Source of the DNA: Blastocatellia bacterium
GTDB taxonomy: Bacteria; Acidobacteriota; Blastocatellia; UBA7656
NCBI GenBank assembly: GCA_035649735.1
Contig: DASRIZ010000305.1
Span: 14,998 to 78,997, forward strand
DNA: 64,000 nt
Direction: 5' to 3'
In this document: in pieces, positions 20,161-29,430 of the stretch
How positions within the stretch are numbered: position 1 is the first letter of the stretch
How the letters are laid out: the number at the start of each line of letters is the position of its first letter
Translations under genes and position numbers: made by a program
The notes under the pieces: generated by a model
The model's database searches: none
What the model was told of the DNA's origin: nothing
What the model saw: the letters and a program-made list of their open reading frames with translations, nothing else

Positions 20161-20216
20161 TTCTCTTCTGCCCTTCTGCTTTCTGCCTTCTGCTTTCTGC
20201 CTTCTGCTTTCTGTCA
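20161..20216. repeat. Heptamer tandem repeat (TCTGCTT/TCTGCCT)x~8, no inverted partner seen
   Basis: Read directly between the convergent ddl and pdxJ genes. The units alternate, giving a 14-nt super-period. Confidence 0.85.
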
Positions 20217-20533
20217 CGGTGCCGTGGACAAAACACGCAGCCGGGTAATCTTGGTCTGGTGACTAATTCCCCGTTTGCCTCAGAAGCATCAGTTTTCCCG
20301 GTAGTTAGCTTTGGTCCGATGGTTGCTCAAACGAACATCGCGCCCGCCGCATTTGTCGAGACAGATTCTCAGGTGTTGGGAAGATCGAACAAGGGTTTGG
20401 GTTACTTGAGAATTTCTTGGCAGAGAGCGAGTGCCACGAGAGTTTCAATCTCAGCACTCGATGCGGGCTACTTTCCTTACTGAGTTTTCATCACGGTACG
20501 CCGCGTGGCTCGCAAGTCACGCGGCTATTTTTG

Positions 20534-21277
20534 TCAGGGTCGCCCGCCTATCGCCGCAATCATATCTCGGACTGCGCGCTCCATTCCCAACAGCGCCGCT
20601 CTGGCGACGATGTTGTGTCCAATGTTCAGTTCTTCGATCGGATAGATCTCTGCTATGGCCGCAACGTTTCGGTATGTCAGTCCGTGACCCGCGGCAACCT
20701 TCAGTCCAAATTCGCCGGCTCGGCTCGCACACTCGGAAATGCGCGCCAGCTCAGCTTCTATCTGGCCTGTTTCGACGGCCCGCGCCGGATCGCTGAGCTC
20801 GGCATAGCGCGCGGTACAAATCTCAATCTGGTGGGCGCCCACCCGGTGAGACGCTTCAATCTGGGGAAGATCGGGATCAACAAATATGCTGACGAGTACG
20901 CCGGCCTCCGACAAATCCCGCACCGCTTCCTTAATGCTCTGTTCTCGAAAGGCGACGTCCAGCCCTCCTTCGGTGGTGACCTCATCGGGTCGCTCGGGCA
21001 CCAGGGTCGCCGTATTAGGTCGAATCTCGCAAGCGATTCTTACCATCTCTTCAGTGGCGGCCATCTCGAGATTTAAGTGCGTCTTGACGACCGCTCGCAA
21101 GACCCGCACATCCTCATCCTGGATATGGCGACGATCTCCGCGTAGGTGAATCGTGATCCCACTCGCGCCTGCAAGATCCGCCAACACAGCCGCGGCGGTA
21201 ATGCTCGGTTCCCAAGTTCGGCGCGCCTGTCTGATCGTCGCGATGTGATCTATATTGACGTTCAATCTAATGGTCAT
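20534..21277 (-). CDS. pdxJ: Pyridoxine 5'-phosphate synthase
   Basis: [27 protein letters not shown] and EICTARYA motifs, with the typical 247-aa length. Confidence 0.92.
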   Translation of the reverse strand: MTIRLNVNIDHIATIRQARRTWEPSITAAAVLADLAGASGITIHLRGDRRHIQDEDVRVLRAVVKTHLNLEMAATEEMVRIACEIRPNTATLVPERPDEVTTEGGLDVAFREQSIKEAVRDLSEAGVLVSIFVDPDLPQIEASHRVGAHQIEICTARYAELSDPARAVETGQIEAELARISECASRAGEFGLKVAAGHGLTYRNVAAIAEIYPIEELNIGHNIVARAALLGMERAVRDMIAAIGGRP

Positions 21278-21417
21278 TGCTACCCTTCAATTTTGATTTG
21301 AAAGAACCGGGGCGACGGTTAACAATATCAGCGCCAGACAGGTTGTGCCAGAATACTGCCACGCTCGCCCGGAACTCCAGCACTCCAAAGTCGACTGTCG
21401 GAGGCTAAGGAAAGTTT

Positions 21418-23544
21418 ATGGTTGATAGGCATATCGGTGTGCTACTTGCAATTCTTCTCGCAACGAACATCCCGGCCATAACTCCTGATAAACCCGCTCA
21501 AAGCCAGACTAAACCGGCCGATCAAAGTGAAGCCGTGCGTTTGAGGACCGAGCTGATTCAGGTGCACGTCGTAGTAACCGATAAGCAAGGCCGAGTCGTC
21601 GAAGATCTGAACAAGGATGACTTCGAACTCCTGGAGCAGGGACGGCCGCAGGAAGTCAGCTTCTTTTCCCTCGAGCGCATCGTGCATCCAGCAAATCCCG
21701 CCGCGAAGACTACGAATCCGATCGCTCCGGAAACAACGACGACCGGCTCGGCCACCAGCTCAACGCCGTCCCGCTCAATAGTGCTCTTCCTTGATACGCT
21801 TCACCTTTCGGGACCCAGCTTGATCCGATCCAGGCTCGCGGCAAAACAATTCGTCGATCAACAGCTGACCGATCAGGATACGATCGTGATAGCCGCGAGC
21901 AACGGTGTGTTTGGCGTCTTTCAAAACGCCGCTCGGAATCGGCTCGCGCTTCACCGGCTGATAGAGCGAATCAATGCTTTCGACGCTTCCCCACAGAGCA
22001 ACTTTACACCCTATCTCGCTGGTATGGTGAAGCTGGGAGACCGGGCAGCGTTTGACCTCGCCGCTCAGATATTGTCTACGGAGTTAAGGATTGACCTGAT
22101 CTTTGCTCGAGATATGGTCAGAGGAAAGGCAAGCGAAGTGCTGGAAATAGCGACCTACAAGCGACAATCCACGCTGAGTGTCCTCTCCGCGGTAGCCGAA
22201 CGCGTCTTCACGGCGCCGGGCCAGCGATTGCTCATATTGCTGTCAGACGGGTTTAGCATGCGAGACTTCAACGGTGCACACGACTCGGGGAATGTTCAGT
22301 CGGTGATCAGCAAGGCGGTCCGTTCGGGAGTCATTATCTATTCGATCGACGTTAAAGGCCTTGAGGTCCCGGCAGAATTCGATGCATCGCGCCGCAGCAT
22401 AACCGGCGGTTCAGCAATGATCGGTCGCCTGTCCAGTTATATGTCTGCCTCCGCCAAAGACCTGCAGGACGGAATAAACGCCCTGGCGCAGGACACCGGG
22501 GGCAAAGCCTTCTTCAACACAAATGATCTGAACGGAGCAGTACAGAAAGCCGTTGATCTCAATCGGACGTACTACTCGCTGGCGTACTACCCGCCCGACG
22601 ACAGAGGCACGAAAGAGTTTCGCCGGATCACAGTGCGGGTCAAGTCTCATCCGGAATATAACGTCAGAGGGCAAAAGGGCTACTTCTCCTCAGATTTGAA
22701 AAAAGCAGAAGAGAAAGAGGTAGGGCAGTCACCGCAGCGGCGGTTGATGAACGCAATAGCGAAGCCTCTCCCCGTTGGCGACCTCGGCGTCAGCGCTTCG
22801 GCTGATTATCTGGAGGCTGCGACCGACAGCGAACAAGTATCGCTGCAGGCGCTGATTGACGGGACCACGCTCGACTACCGTGAACAGAATGGACGCTTCC
22901 TTCTGGAGCTTGAGCTGGCGGCGGTGGTCTACGACCGCACGGGAAAGCCGGTCCACTCGCTCACCGAGACGATACGCGGTTCTCTGTCGGTTGCGGAAGT
23001 CGAAGCGGCAAAACGCACCGGCTTTCATTATTCGAAGCGCATATCGGTGAAGCCGGGACTCTACAACATTCGGATCGGATTGAGAGAAGCGGGCACGGAC
23101 CGGGTTGGGACCGCAGCGACCTGGCTCGAGGTGCCGAATCTCAGCGCGGGCCAGCTGACGTTGAGCAGCATACTGCTGACAAAGGATTCAGCAGAATCGG
23201 CAACACCTTCCGTGAAGGCTGGCGAGCAGACTCCTGTAGTGCTTGGGGTCGCGAATTACAAACCCGGGAGCCCCATCCTGTATTACCTGATGATATATAA
23301 CGGCCGTGAAGGCTCAGATCTAAAGATGCAGTGGGAGATTACGGAATCGGGCAAAGTAATCCACCAGACTGAATGGCAGCCTGTCCCCTCGCGAATAATC
23401 GGGCGAGACAAAAAAGGAATAGAGATTGGCGGCCAGCTGAGTCTGGACTTGCAGCCGGGCATCTACGAATTACGGATTTCCATTACAGACTCAAAAGCCA
23501 AGCAGACAGCTCAACGCACTTCGGTCTTTGCGATCGAGCGTTGA
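21418..23544 (+). CDS. VWA domain-containing secreted protein (acidobacterial VWFA-related type, long form)
   Basis: N-terminal signal-like segment, the conserved LIQVHVVVTDKQGRVVEDL beta-domain seen in this family, and VWA core segments IVLFLDTLH and LLILLSDGFS. Paralog of 3919..5064. Confidence 0.8.
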   Translation: MVDRHIGVLLAILLATNIPAITPDKPAQSQTKPADQSEAVRLRTELIQVHVVVTDKQGRVVEDLNKDDFELLEQGRPQEVSFFSLERIVHPANPAAKTTNPIAPETTTTGSATSSTPSRSIVLFLDTLHLSGPSLIRSRLAAKQFVDQQLTDQDTIVIAASNGVFGVFQNAARNRLALHRLIERINAFDASPQSNFTPYLAGMVKLGDRAAFDLAAQILSTELRIDLIFARDMVRGKASEVLEIATYKRQSTLSVLSAVAERVFTAPGQRLLILLSDGFSMRDFNGAHDSGNVQSVISKAVRSGVIIYSIDVKGLEVPAEFDASRRSITGGSAMIGRLSSYMSASAKDLQDGINALAQDTGGKAFFNTNDLNGAVQKAVDLNRTYYSLAYYPPDDRGTKEFRRITVRVKSHPEYNVRGQKGYFSSDLKKAEEKEVGQSPQRRLMNAIAKPLPVGDLGVSASADYLEAATDSEQVSLQALIDGTTLDYREQNGRFLLELELAAVVYDRTGKPVHSLTETIRGSLSVAEVEAAKRTGFHYSKRISVKPGLYNIRIGLREAGTDRVGTAATWLEVPNLSAGQLTLSSILLTKDSAESATPSVKAGEQTPVVLGVANYKPGSPILYYLMIYNGREGSDLKMQWEITESGKVIHQTEWQPVPSRIIGRDKKGIEIGGQLSLDLQPGIYELRISITDSKAKQTAQRTSVFAIER

Positions 23545-23555
23545 CGGCGTAGTCT

Positions 23556-23593
23556 CCACCGACCTGGTGCGCTCCACCGACACAGGTCGGTGG
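23556..23593 (+). terminator. Stem-loop after the VWA gene (possible terminator, no T-run)
   Basis: 11-bp perfect stem, CCACCGACCTG at 23556-23566 pairing with CAGGTCGGTGG at 23583-23593, 12 nt after the stop. Confidence 0.3.
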
Positions 23594-23675
23594 GTATGCG
23601 CGAAAACCTGACGCGCACCCGGTGCAGACTCACTGACTAGCTCAACCTCAATATGCTATATTCAGAGCTCGAAAT

Positions 23676-24506
23676 ATGGCTTGGTCGCTATCAATCGTAA
23701 TACCCGCGTACAACGAACAGAACCGAATTGGACGCACCCTGGATGAGATCCTCCGCTTTCTCAAAACGCAGAACTACCACGCAGAAGTGATCGTCGTGGA
23801 CGACGGCTCAACCGACGAAACCGCACTGCGAGTGGCGGAGAGAACTGGGCAGTATCACGACCACGGGCACCAGCTTCGCGTTTTGGTAAACAACCCAAAC
23901 CGTGGCAAAGGCTACAGCGTCAAACGTGGGCTCACCGATGCCACTGGCGAAATACTGTTATTCACCGACGCCGATTTATCTTCCCCAATCACCGAAGCGC
24001 CCAAGCTGGTCGATCCCATCGCCGAGGGCCGCGCTGACGTAACCTTTGGCTCGCGCGCACTGAATCCTGAGCTGATCGGCGTACATCAGCCCAGAATGCG
24101 CGAACTGGGCGGCACCGTATTCAATCTTTGTATGCGAACGATTACCGGCTTGAAGTTCAAGGACACCCAGTGCGGATTTAAAGCTTTCCGCCGCGAGGCC
24201 GCGCTTCCAGTGTTTCCGTTACAGCGAATTGAGAGGTTCGGGTTTGACCCTGAGGTGCTGTACATCGCAAAGAAACAGGGCAATCGCCTTCTGGAGGTGC
24301 CGGTAGTTTGGGATCATTGCGAAGGCGGCGAGTTACAAAACAAATTTAACTATGTCCGCGACTCGATAAACATGTTTGCCGATCTGATCAGGATACGACT
24401 CAACGACCTGGCGGGTCGCTACAAGAGTCGACGAGCGGGCTTTCAGATCGAATCAAGCAAGGCCCCCGAACAAGCAAACAAAAGGGCTGTGGGCCGAGTT
24501 GATTGA
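23676..24506 (+). CDS. Family 2 glycosyltransferase (dolichyl-phosphate beta-glucosyltransferase-like)
   Basis: SIVIPAYNEQNRI, VIVVDDGSTDET, FTDADL and QCGFKAF motifs. Confidence 0.85.
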   Translation: MAWSLSIVIPAYNEQNRIGRTLDEILRFLKTQNYHAEVIVVDDGSTDETALRVAERTGQYHDHGHQLRVLVNNPNRGKGYSVKRGLTDATGEILLFTDADLSSPITEAPKLVDPIAEGRADVTFGSRALNPELIGVHQPRMRELGGTVFNLCMRTITGLKFKDTQCGFKAFRREAALPVFPLQRIERFGFDPEVLYIAKKQGNRLLEVPVVWDHCEGGELQNKFNYVRDSINMFADLIRIRLNDLAGRYKSRRAGFQIESSKAPEQANKRAVGRVD

Positions 24507-24517
24507 GCGAGTGCCTC

Positions 24518-25177
24518 TCAGCGACCAACTGTGGGCTGCGACACAACTCGAAAGCGGCTGTCTGAGCTCTCTTCACCGCCAGGGCCAGGGGAGAACAACT
24601 CGAAGCTGCGACCTCCGTCCTCAGTGCGATACACGTAATCGTTTCCCCAGGGATCCACTTCTGGAAGGTTCTCGATGTATGGTCCGTACCAGGGGCTCGA
24701 ACGATCACCCTCAACCATAAATGCCGCAGGCTTGCGCGTCAGGCACCTGAGTCCTTCTTCGTTTGTCGGATACCGTTCTACATCGGCCCTGAAGCGATTC
24801 AACGCGTCTGCAAGTGCATTGAGCTCCCGCCGGGCTGCTTCTTCGCGGGCCATCAGCCTCTTAGCCGCCAGCCGGTTGCGGTTGACAATGTTCCACGTAA
24901 TCAGGCCGCCCACGATCACCACCAGAGAGATCGCAGAAATGATGATAATTCGTTTACGGTTGCGCGAACGGCGTACTATCGCCGCGTGTTTCTCCGGCGA
25001 GAAAACCCGCGTCGGATCCGGGCGGTGGGTTGTTGCTGTCTTGCTCGCCAGCTCTACGTGAGCCCGGGATGCGCTCGCGGCTAACGGTGAATAGCAACTC
25101 AGACAGTAGCGGAGATCGGGCGTCACGGCTACGCCGCATTGGCCGCATACACGGGTGTCTTGTTCCTGAGTTGCCAT
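24518..25177 (-). CDS. Zinc-ribbon / single-TM / GspG-like (type II secretion pseudopilin C-domain) protein
   Basis: N-terminal CGQCG...CLSC zinc-ribbon pattern, then a TM segment (IIIISAISLVVIVGGLITW). The C-terminal region matches the T2SS-G signature (YPTNEEGL...WYGPYI...DPWGNDYVY...FELFSPGPGG). No prepilin leader is present. Confidence 0.7.
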   Translation of the reverse strand: MATQEQDTRVCGQCGVAVTPDLRYCLSCYSPLAASASRAHVELASKTATTHRPDPTRVFSPEKHAAIVRRSRNRKRIIIISAISLVVIVGGLITWNIVNRNRLAAKRLMAREEAARRELNALADALNRFRADVERYPTNEEGLRCLTRKPAAFMVEGDRSSPWYGPYIENLPEVDPWGNDYVYRTEDGGRSFELFSPGPGGEESSDSRFRVVSQPTVGR

Positions 25178-25249
25178 GGAGCTTAAAGCGTCAGTTTAGA
25201 GCGCGCGACGCCGGCGATACAACAGATCGCCAATGGAATTGAAGTGAAT

Positions 25250-26017
25250 TCAAAGTACGCGTCTGAAGAACTGAATCATCTCGATCCACGCTTGATCAGT
25301 GACCTCCGGATCGTATCGCGGACCTTCGTCGCGCATGAAGGCGTGTTCAGCGGGGTAGAGGCTTATGGAGTAGTTTGTACCCGCGCGATCGAGCCCGGCT
25401 TTGATTTTGGCGCGACCCTCTTCGGGTACGTGCGGGTCGAGCGTGCCAAAAACCAAAAGCAGCCCCCCTCGAATCTCCGAGGCCCGTTCAAGCGATCCGG
25501 CGTCTTCGTCCTTGCCAAGCTTGCCGTTATGAATCCCGGTCCCGTAAAAACAAACCGTTGCGAGCACGTCTCGCTGAAGCGCGGCTCGAAACGCCAGATG
25601 CCCGCCTATGCAGAACCCGCCCGCGCCCGGCTTTCCCTTCTCAACGCTCGGATGTTGATCGAGATAGTCGAGCACTGAACGACAATCGGCGTCGAACTCC
25701 GCGACAAGTGTTTGCGCCGCCCCTGACAATCCGCGTGTTCGCCCTTCATCGTCGAACGGGATAACGGTTCCAGCCGGTTCGATCCGATGGTAGATTTCGG
25801 GCGCCGCAACTACATAACCATAGCCGGCCAAACGCATCGTCGCGCGAGTCATCGGTCCAGTGAGTTGAAAAATATCCGAATAGAAAAGAATCCCCGGATA
25901 CTTCCCGGCCTCTTTCGGAGACGAGACAAGCATCCTCATCGGGCTTCCGTCAGAAGGGATGTCAACGTATTTAGTTTCGATAAGCATGACGTTCGCTTCC
26001 AGTCTTATGTCGGACAC
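25250..26017 (-). CDS. Dienelactone hydrolase family protein
   Basis: Alpha/beta-hydrolase with a GFCIGG nucleophile-elbow (Cys type) and DLH-like layout. An internal start at M11 is possible. Confidence 0.8.
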   Translation of the reverse strand: MSDIRLEANVMLIETKYVDIPSDGSPMRMLVSSPKEAGKYPGILFYSDIFQLTGPMTRATMRLAGYGYVVAAPEIYHRIEPAGTVIPFDDEGRTRGLSGAAQTLVAEFDADCRSVLDYLDQHPSVEKGKPGAGGFCIGGHLAFRAALQRDVLATVCFYGTGIHNGKLGKDEDAGSLERASEIRGGLLLVFGTLDPHVPEEGRAKIKAGLDRAGTNYSISLYPAEHAFMRDEGPRYDPEVTDQAWIEMIQFFRRVL

Positions 26018-26041
26018 AGACTAAAGTCTATGCTTGTCCAG

Positions 26042-28804
26042 CTAGCGTCGTGTGAATCGGAACTCGGGCGAAAGCGCTCCGTCAGGATTGGCTACCCGCA
26101 AAGTTACTGTTTGACCCTGTGGGATAAACTTGCCAGCCTTTTTGCCGATTAGATTGGTCGTGGGGCTTGTATCGTCGTTGCGAGTCTTTTGTTGCTCGCC
26201 GTTCAACTGCACTTTGGCGCCTGGCTGAAAGCCCTGCCCAAAGGCAAAAAGCTTCTTGCCCACGACTGACACGCTTCTCAACTTGAGCGGTGCCGGCCCG
26301 AGCTGCACTCGCCATGCCCCGCGTCCGTGCGTAAAAGCGAACAGATGGAGATTGCTACCGACACTGCCGAAGGCAAGTGACTCAACTACCGTGTTCGCAA
26401 ACCCGGTGTTCTCTCTTGCCCAGCTCGCACCGCCATCGAGCGACACAAACACACCGATGTCCGTACCCACGTATAGCGTCTGCGAATTCGTAGGGTCTAC
26501 TACAATCGTGTGAACTGGAACGTCGGGGATCGAAGCGCTCCCCGTGCCATCAATCCCGGCCCAGCTAGCTCCTGCGTCGCTGCTCTTCCATACGTGTGTG
26601 CCGCCAAATGTAGAGTACGTCGCATAAGCCACGTTTACGTTGTTGGGATCAAAAGTCAGCCACGAAATGAACCCAGACCGCGGTTGCACCGACGGCCATT
26701 CGCTTGACGCGCTGGACGTAAGCGCCGTGTTGGTCCTGTGGATAAACCCACCGATATCGCCAGTAAATCGCCGCCCGGTGCCCGCGAGCACATAGTTGGA
26801 ATCGGACTCGGCGATTGCAATCGCACTCACTGTCCCGCCCAGCACGCCCGAGCTCGCTTGACTCCAACTGGAAGCCGCGTCGTCGGTGCGCCACATGAAC
26901 TTGCCGCCAGTCCACAGCCGTTGGGGAATGCTGGGGTCCATGAAAAAGGGGTTGATGAACAAAAAGTTATTGCTCGATTCATTGATCCCGAAGGTCACGC
27001 CCTGAAAGCTTTGCCCTCCATTCTCCGATTTTCGCAGCGATAGCCTTGTAGTCTCGACGTAAATCGTATCCGAATTTGTCGGGTCTAATGCTACATAACC
27101 GCCATCCCCTCCGAACACCTCAGACCAATTCGACCCCGTCGCGTCCGAGCCCCTGAGCGTGCCGTTATCCTGCGTGCCGCCCGCGAATGTGAGTCCGCCA
27201 GGATAGGGAAGTCCATGATAAAACTGGGTCACGCCGTAATCGTTGTTCAGCGAGGTCCAGGTGACCTGTGTGCTGTTAGTTTCACAGGTCGCACCTGACC
27301 CCTTAGCCGTGGCGGCACGTGCATTGTCGGTTCGGAATACGCCGCCGTCATTGGTCACATACATTATCCGGTTGGTGGTGCCGTCATACTGCGGGTGAAA
27401 CACGATGCCGTGCTGGTCTGCGTGCGCGAAATGCGCATCGGATTTCGGAGCCCACCAGTACGATGCCAGACCCCAGCTAGCTCCGCCGTCGTCCGATCTA
27501 AAGAGATCGACGCCTCCTGCCCAAACGCGGTTCGAATCAAGTGGATCAACGGCAATGACGTTGTCATACCATCCCTGGTTCACGAAGAACGTGCCTGAAT
27601 TGCAGCTTGACTGGACTGCGACCACCGGGTTTGATAGCAGAACTGTGTTGAGTTTTGTGGAGTCGGTGTTTCTTACGCGCGCCTCCCAGCTTCCTTCGTC
27701 ACCGCTTGATGTTGAGCGGAAAACCGCAAGCAGGCCGTTGTTGTAATTCCCGGACTCGATGCTCGCAGCCAACCCGTAAATTACGTTCTGATTGGAAGGC
27801 GCGATTGCCAGCGCAGTTCTGCCAAGCATCGGTTCCGTGAGCACGGCGGTCCAGGGAGTGCCGTTGGCCGGGTCGCCGGCGTTCACGTTGCGATAGACAG
27901 TAGCCTGGGTCAGCGTGCCGCAGCTTGCAAACAGATAGTCGTTCGAGCGGTCCGTCCTGATTGCCAGATCAAGACACCCGCCGTTGATTGTATCCTCGGA
28001 CGCGCTTAACGGATTGAGCGTCCGAGCCCAGCTCTGGCCGCCGTCCGTGCTGCGCCACACGCCGGTTCTCGTCGCGGCATACACGCGAAGATGATCGTTT
28101 GGGCTGACAACGATATCGTTGACAAAATGAAAGTCCGTGGTCGAGGTGCTATCAAGAAAAGACCAGTTTCCCCCGCCGTTTGTTGTCTTGAATATGCCTG
28201 CCCCTCGGACGTTGTCGCTCGCGAAGAAGCCCTCACCGGTTCCGGCATAGATCACGTCAGGATTTGTCGTATCAAACGCCAGAGAGCAGAACGCGATATT
28301 AGACAGCACGTCGGCAAGTGCGGTCCACGACCTTCCGCTGTTGGTACTTTTCCATATGCCTCCGGCGACGCCGGCCGCGTACATCACTGTCGGGTCAACC
28401 GGGTGAATCAGCAAAGCTCGCGTCCGTCCTCCGATATTGCCGGGTCCGAGTGGCGTCCAGGCGCCCAAAGCCTGGGTCTCGACATCAGCCGCTTGAATCT
28501 CATCTAACGAAGGGAGAACGGTCCTGTGGGCGGTCGAATACCTGGGCATTCGCTTTGAGTGCTCGATGGCATCGAGATATCGTTGAAAGTGCACCGGGCT
28601 GCTACCGTCGGGTGACCGCTTGAGCAGGAAATACTCGTTAGCCTCAGCCGGCTGATCAAAAGCCACGGCTTCATCGTTGAGGTTTGCCGAACCCGTGAAT
28701 CTCCCCGTTGTCTTTGATTCACTTCCGCGAAATACTATCGCGCCTGCGATTAGCAGGAGCGCAATCATAAAGACTGTGATTGGGACCACTGGGCGGGACT
28801 TCAT
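26042..28804 (-). CDS. Secreted BNR/Asp-box repeat protein (sortilin/VPS10- or GH74-like beta-propellers) with C-terminal Ig-like domain
   Basis: N-terminal signal anchor and many S-x-D-x-G-x-x-W Asp-box motifs (STNSGRSW, STDGGQSW, SDDGGASW, SENGGQSF, SSDAGASW, SLDGGASW). Length 920 aa. Confidence 0.8.
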   Translation of the reverse strand: MKSRPVVPITVFMIALLLIAGAIVFRGSESKTTGRFTGSANLNDEAVAFDQPAEANEYFLLKRSPDGSSPVHFQRYLDAIEHSKRMPRYSTAHRTVLPSLDEIQAADVETQALGAWTPLGPGNIGGRTRALLIHPVDPTVMYAAGVAGGIWKSTNSGRSWTALADVLSNIAFCSLAFDTTNPDVIYAGTGEGFFASDNVRGAGIFKTTNGGGNWSFLDSTSTTDFHFVNDIVVSPNDHLRVYAATRTGVWRSTDGGQSWARTLNPLSASEDTINGGCLDLAIRTDRSNDYLFASCGTLTQATVYRNVNAGDPANGTPWTAVLTEPMLGRTALAIAPSNQNVIYGLAASIESGNYNNGLLAVFRSTSSGDEGSWEARVRNTDSTKLNTVLLSNPVVAVQSSCNSGTFFVNQGWYDNVIAVDPLDSNRVWAGGVDLFRSDDGGASWGLASYWWAPKSDAHFAHADQHGIVFHPQYDGTTNRIMYVTNDGGVFRTDNARAATAKGSGATCETNSTQVTWTSLNNDYGVTQFYHGLPYPGGLTFAGGTQDNGTLRGSDATGSNWSEVFGGDGGYVALDPTNSDTIYVETTRLSLRKSENGGQSFQGVTFGINESSNNFLFINPFFMDPSIPQRLWTGGKFMWRTDDAASSWSQASSGVLGGTVSAIAIAESDSNYVLAGTGRRFTGDIGGFIHRTNTALTSSASSEWPSVQPRSGFISWLTFDPNNVNVAYATYSTFGGTHVWKSSDAGASWAGIDGTGSASIPDVPVHTIVVDPTNSQTLYVGTDIGVFVSLDGGASWARENTGFANTVVESLAFGSVGSNLHLFAFTHGRGAWRVQLGPAPLKLRSVSVVGKKLFAFGQGFQPGAKVQLNGEQQKTRNDDTSPTTNLIGKKAGKFIPQGQTVTLRVANPDGALSPEFRFTRR

Positions 28805-28829
28805 TATGATTCACCTCGGTTACTGATTC

Positions 28830-29345
28830 CTACTTCCTGCGGATGAGCCCTGAGAACCACCTCAGGGCTGTTCGAAAAAAGCCGTGCTTTGGCGGTGGTT
28901 CGTGCGACTCAGTTTTTGCTTCGGCTTCGATGGCCGTGAAGAACTGGGTCGCCATCATCTTCGCCGCACCCTGGATCATCCGCTGCCCAACGCTGGCAAT
29001 CGTGCCTCCAACCTGTACATCTCCCTTGTAGGCGACCGCGGTCACGCCGTCACGCGCCTCGATATCCAGATCGCCCGACCCTTTTAAGAACCCCGGTTGC
29101 CCTTTACCCTCAACAATGATTCGGAAGTGTTGCGGCGGCTGCATCTCCTCGAGACGTATGTTGCCGGTGAAGGTTCCTTTTATTGAACCAACCCCGGCGC
29201 GAAGCGTGGTCGAGTAAGAGTTCTCTCCGGTCTTTTCAAGACGTTCGCAGCCGGGTATGCACCTTTGCAACACAGCGGGATCGATCAAAGTTTCGTAAAC
29301 ACGCTCGGGGCTGGCGTTCAGTTCGTGGGTACCTTCGATTTTCAT
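28830..29345 (-). CDS. coxG: CoxG-like SRPBCC protein (carbon monoxide dehydrogenase subunit G family)
   Basis: The N-terminal MKIEGTHELNASPERVYETLIDPAVLQRCIPGCE pattern is typical of CoxG. Last gene of the cox-like operon. Confidence 0.8.
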   Translation of the reverse strand: MKIEGTHELNASPERVYETLIDPAVLQRCIPGCERLEKTGENSYSTTLRAGVGSIKGTFTGNIRLEEMQPPQHFRIIVEGKGQPGFLKGSGDLDIEARDGVTAVAYKGDVQVGGTIASVGQRMIQGAAKMMATQFFTAIEAEAKTESHEPPPKHGFFRTALRWFSGLIRRK

Positions 29346-29349
29346 GAAA

Positions 29350-29430
29350 GGTTTCTGGTTTCTGGTTTCTAGTTTCTGGTTTCTGTCTCAGGATAGTTAA
29401 CCAGAAACCACAAACCAGAAACGAGAAACC
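29350..29430. repeat. Intercistronic hairpin of heptamer repeats: (GGTTTCT)x5 ... (CCAGAAA-like)x4
   Basis: Left arm 29350-29384, right arm 29401-29430. Fills the whole coxM-coxG spacer and abuts the coxM stop codon. Confidence 0.9.
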
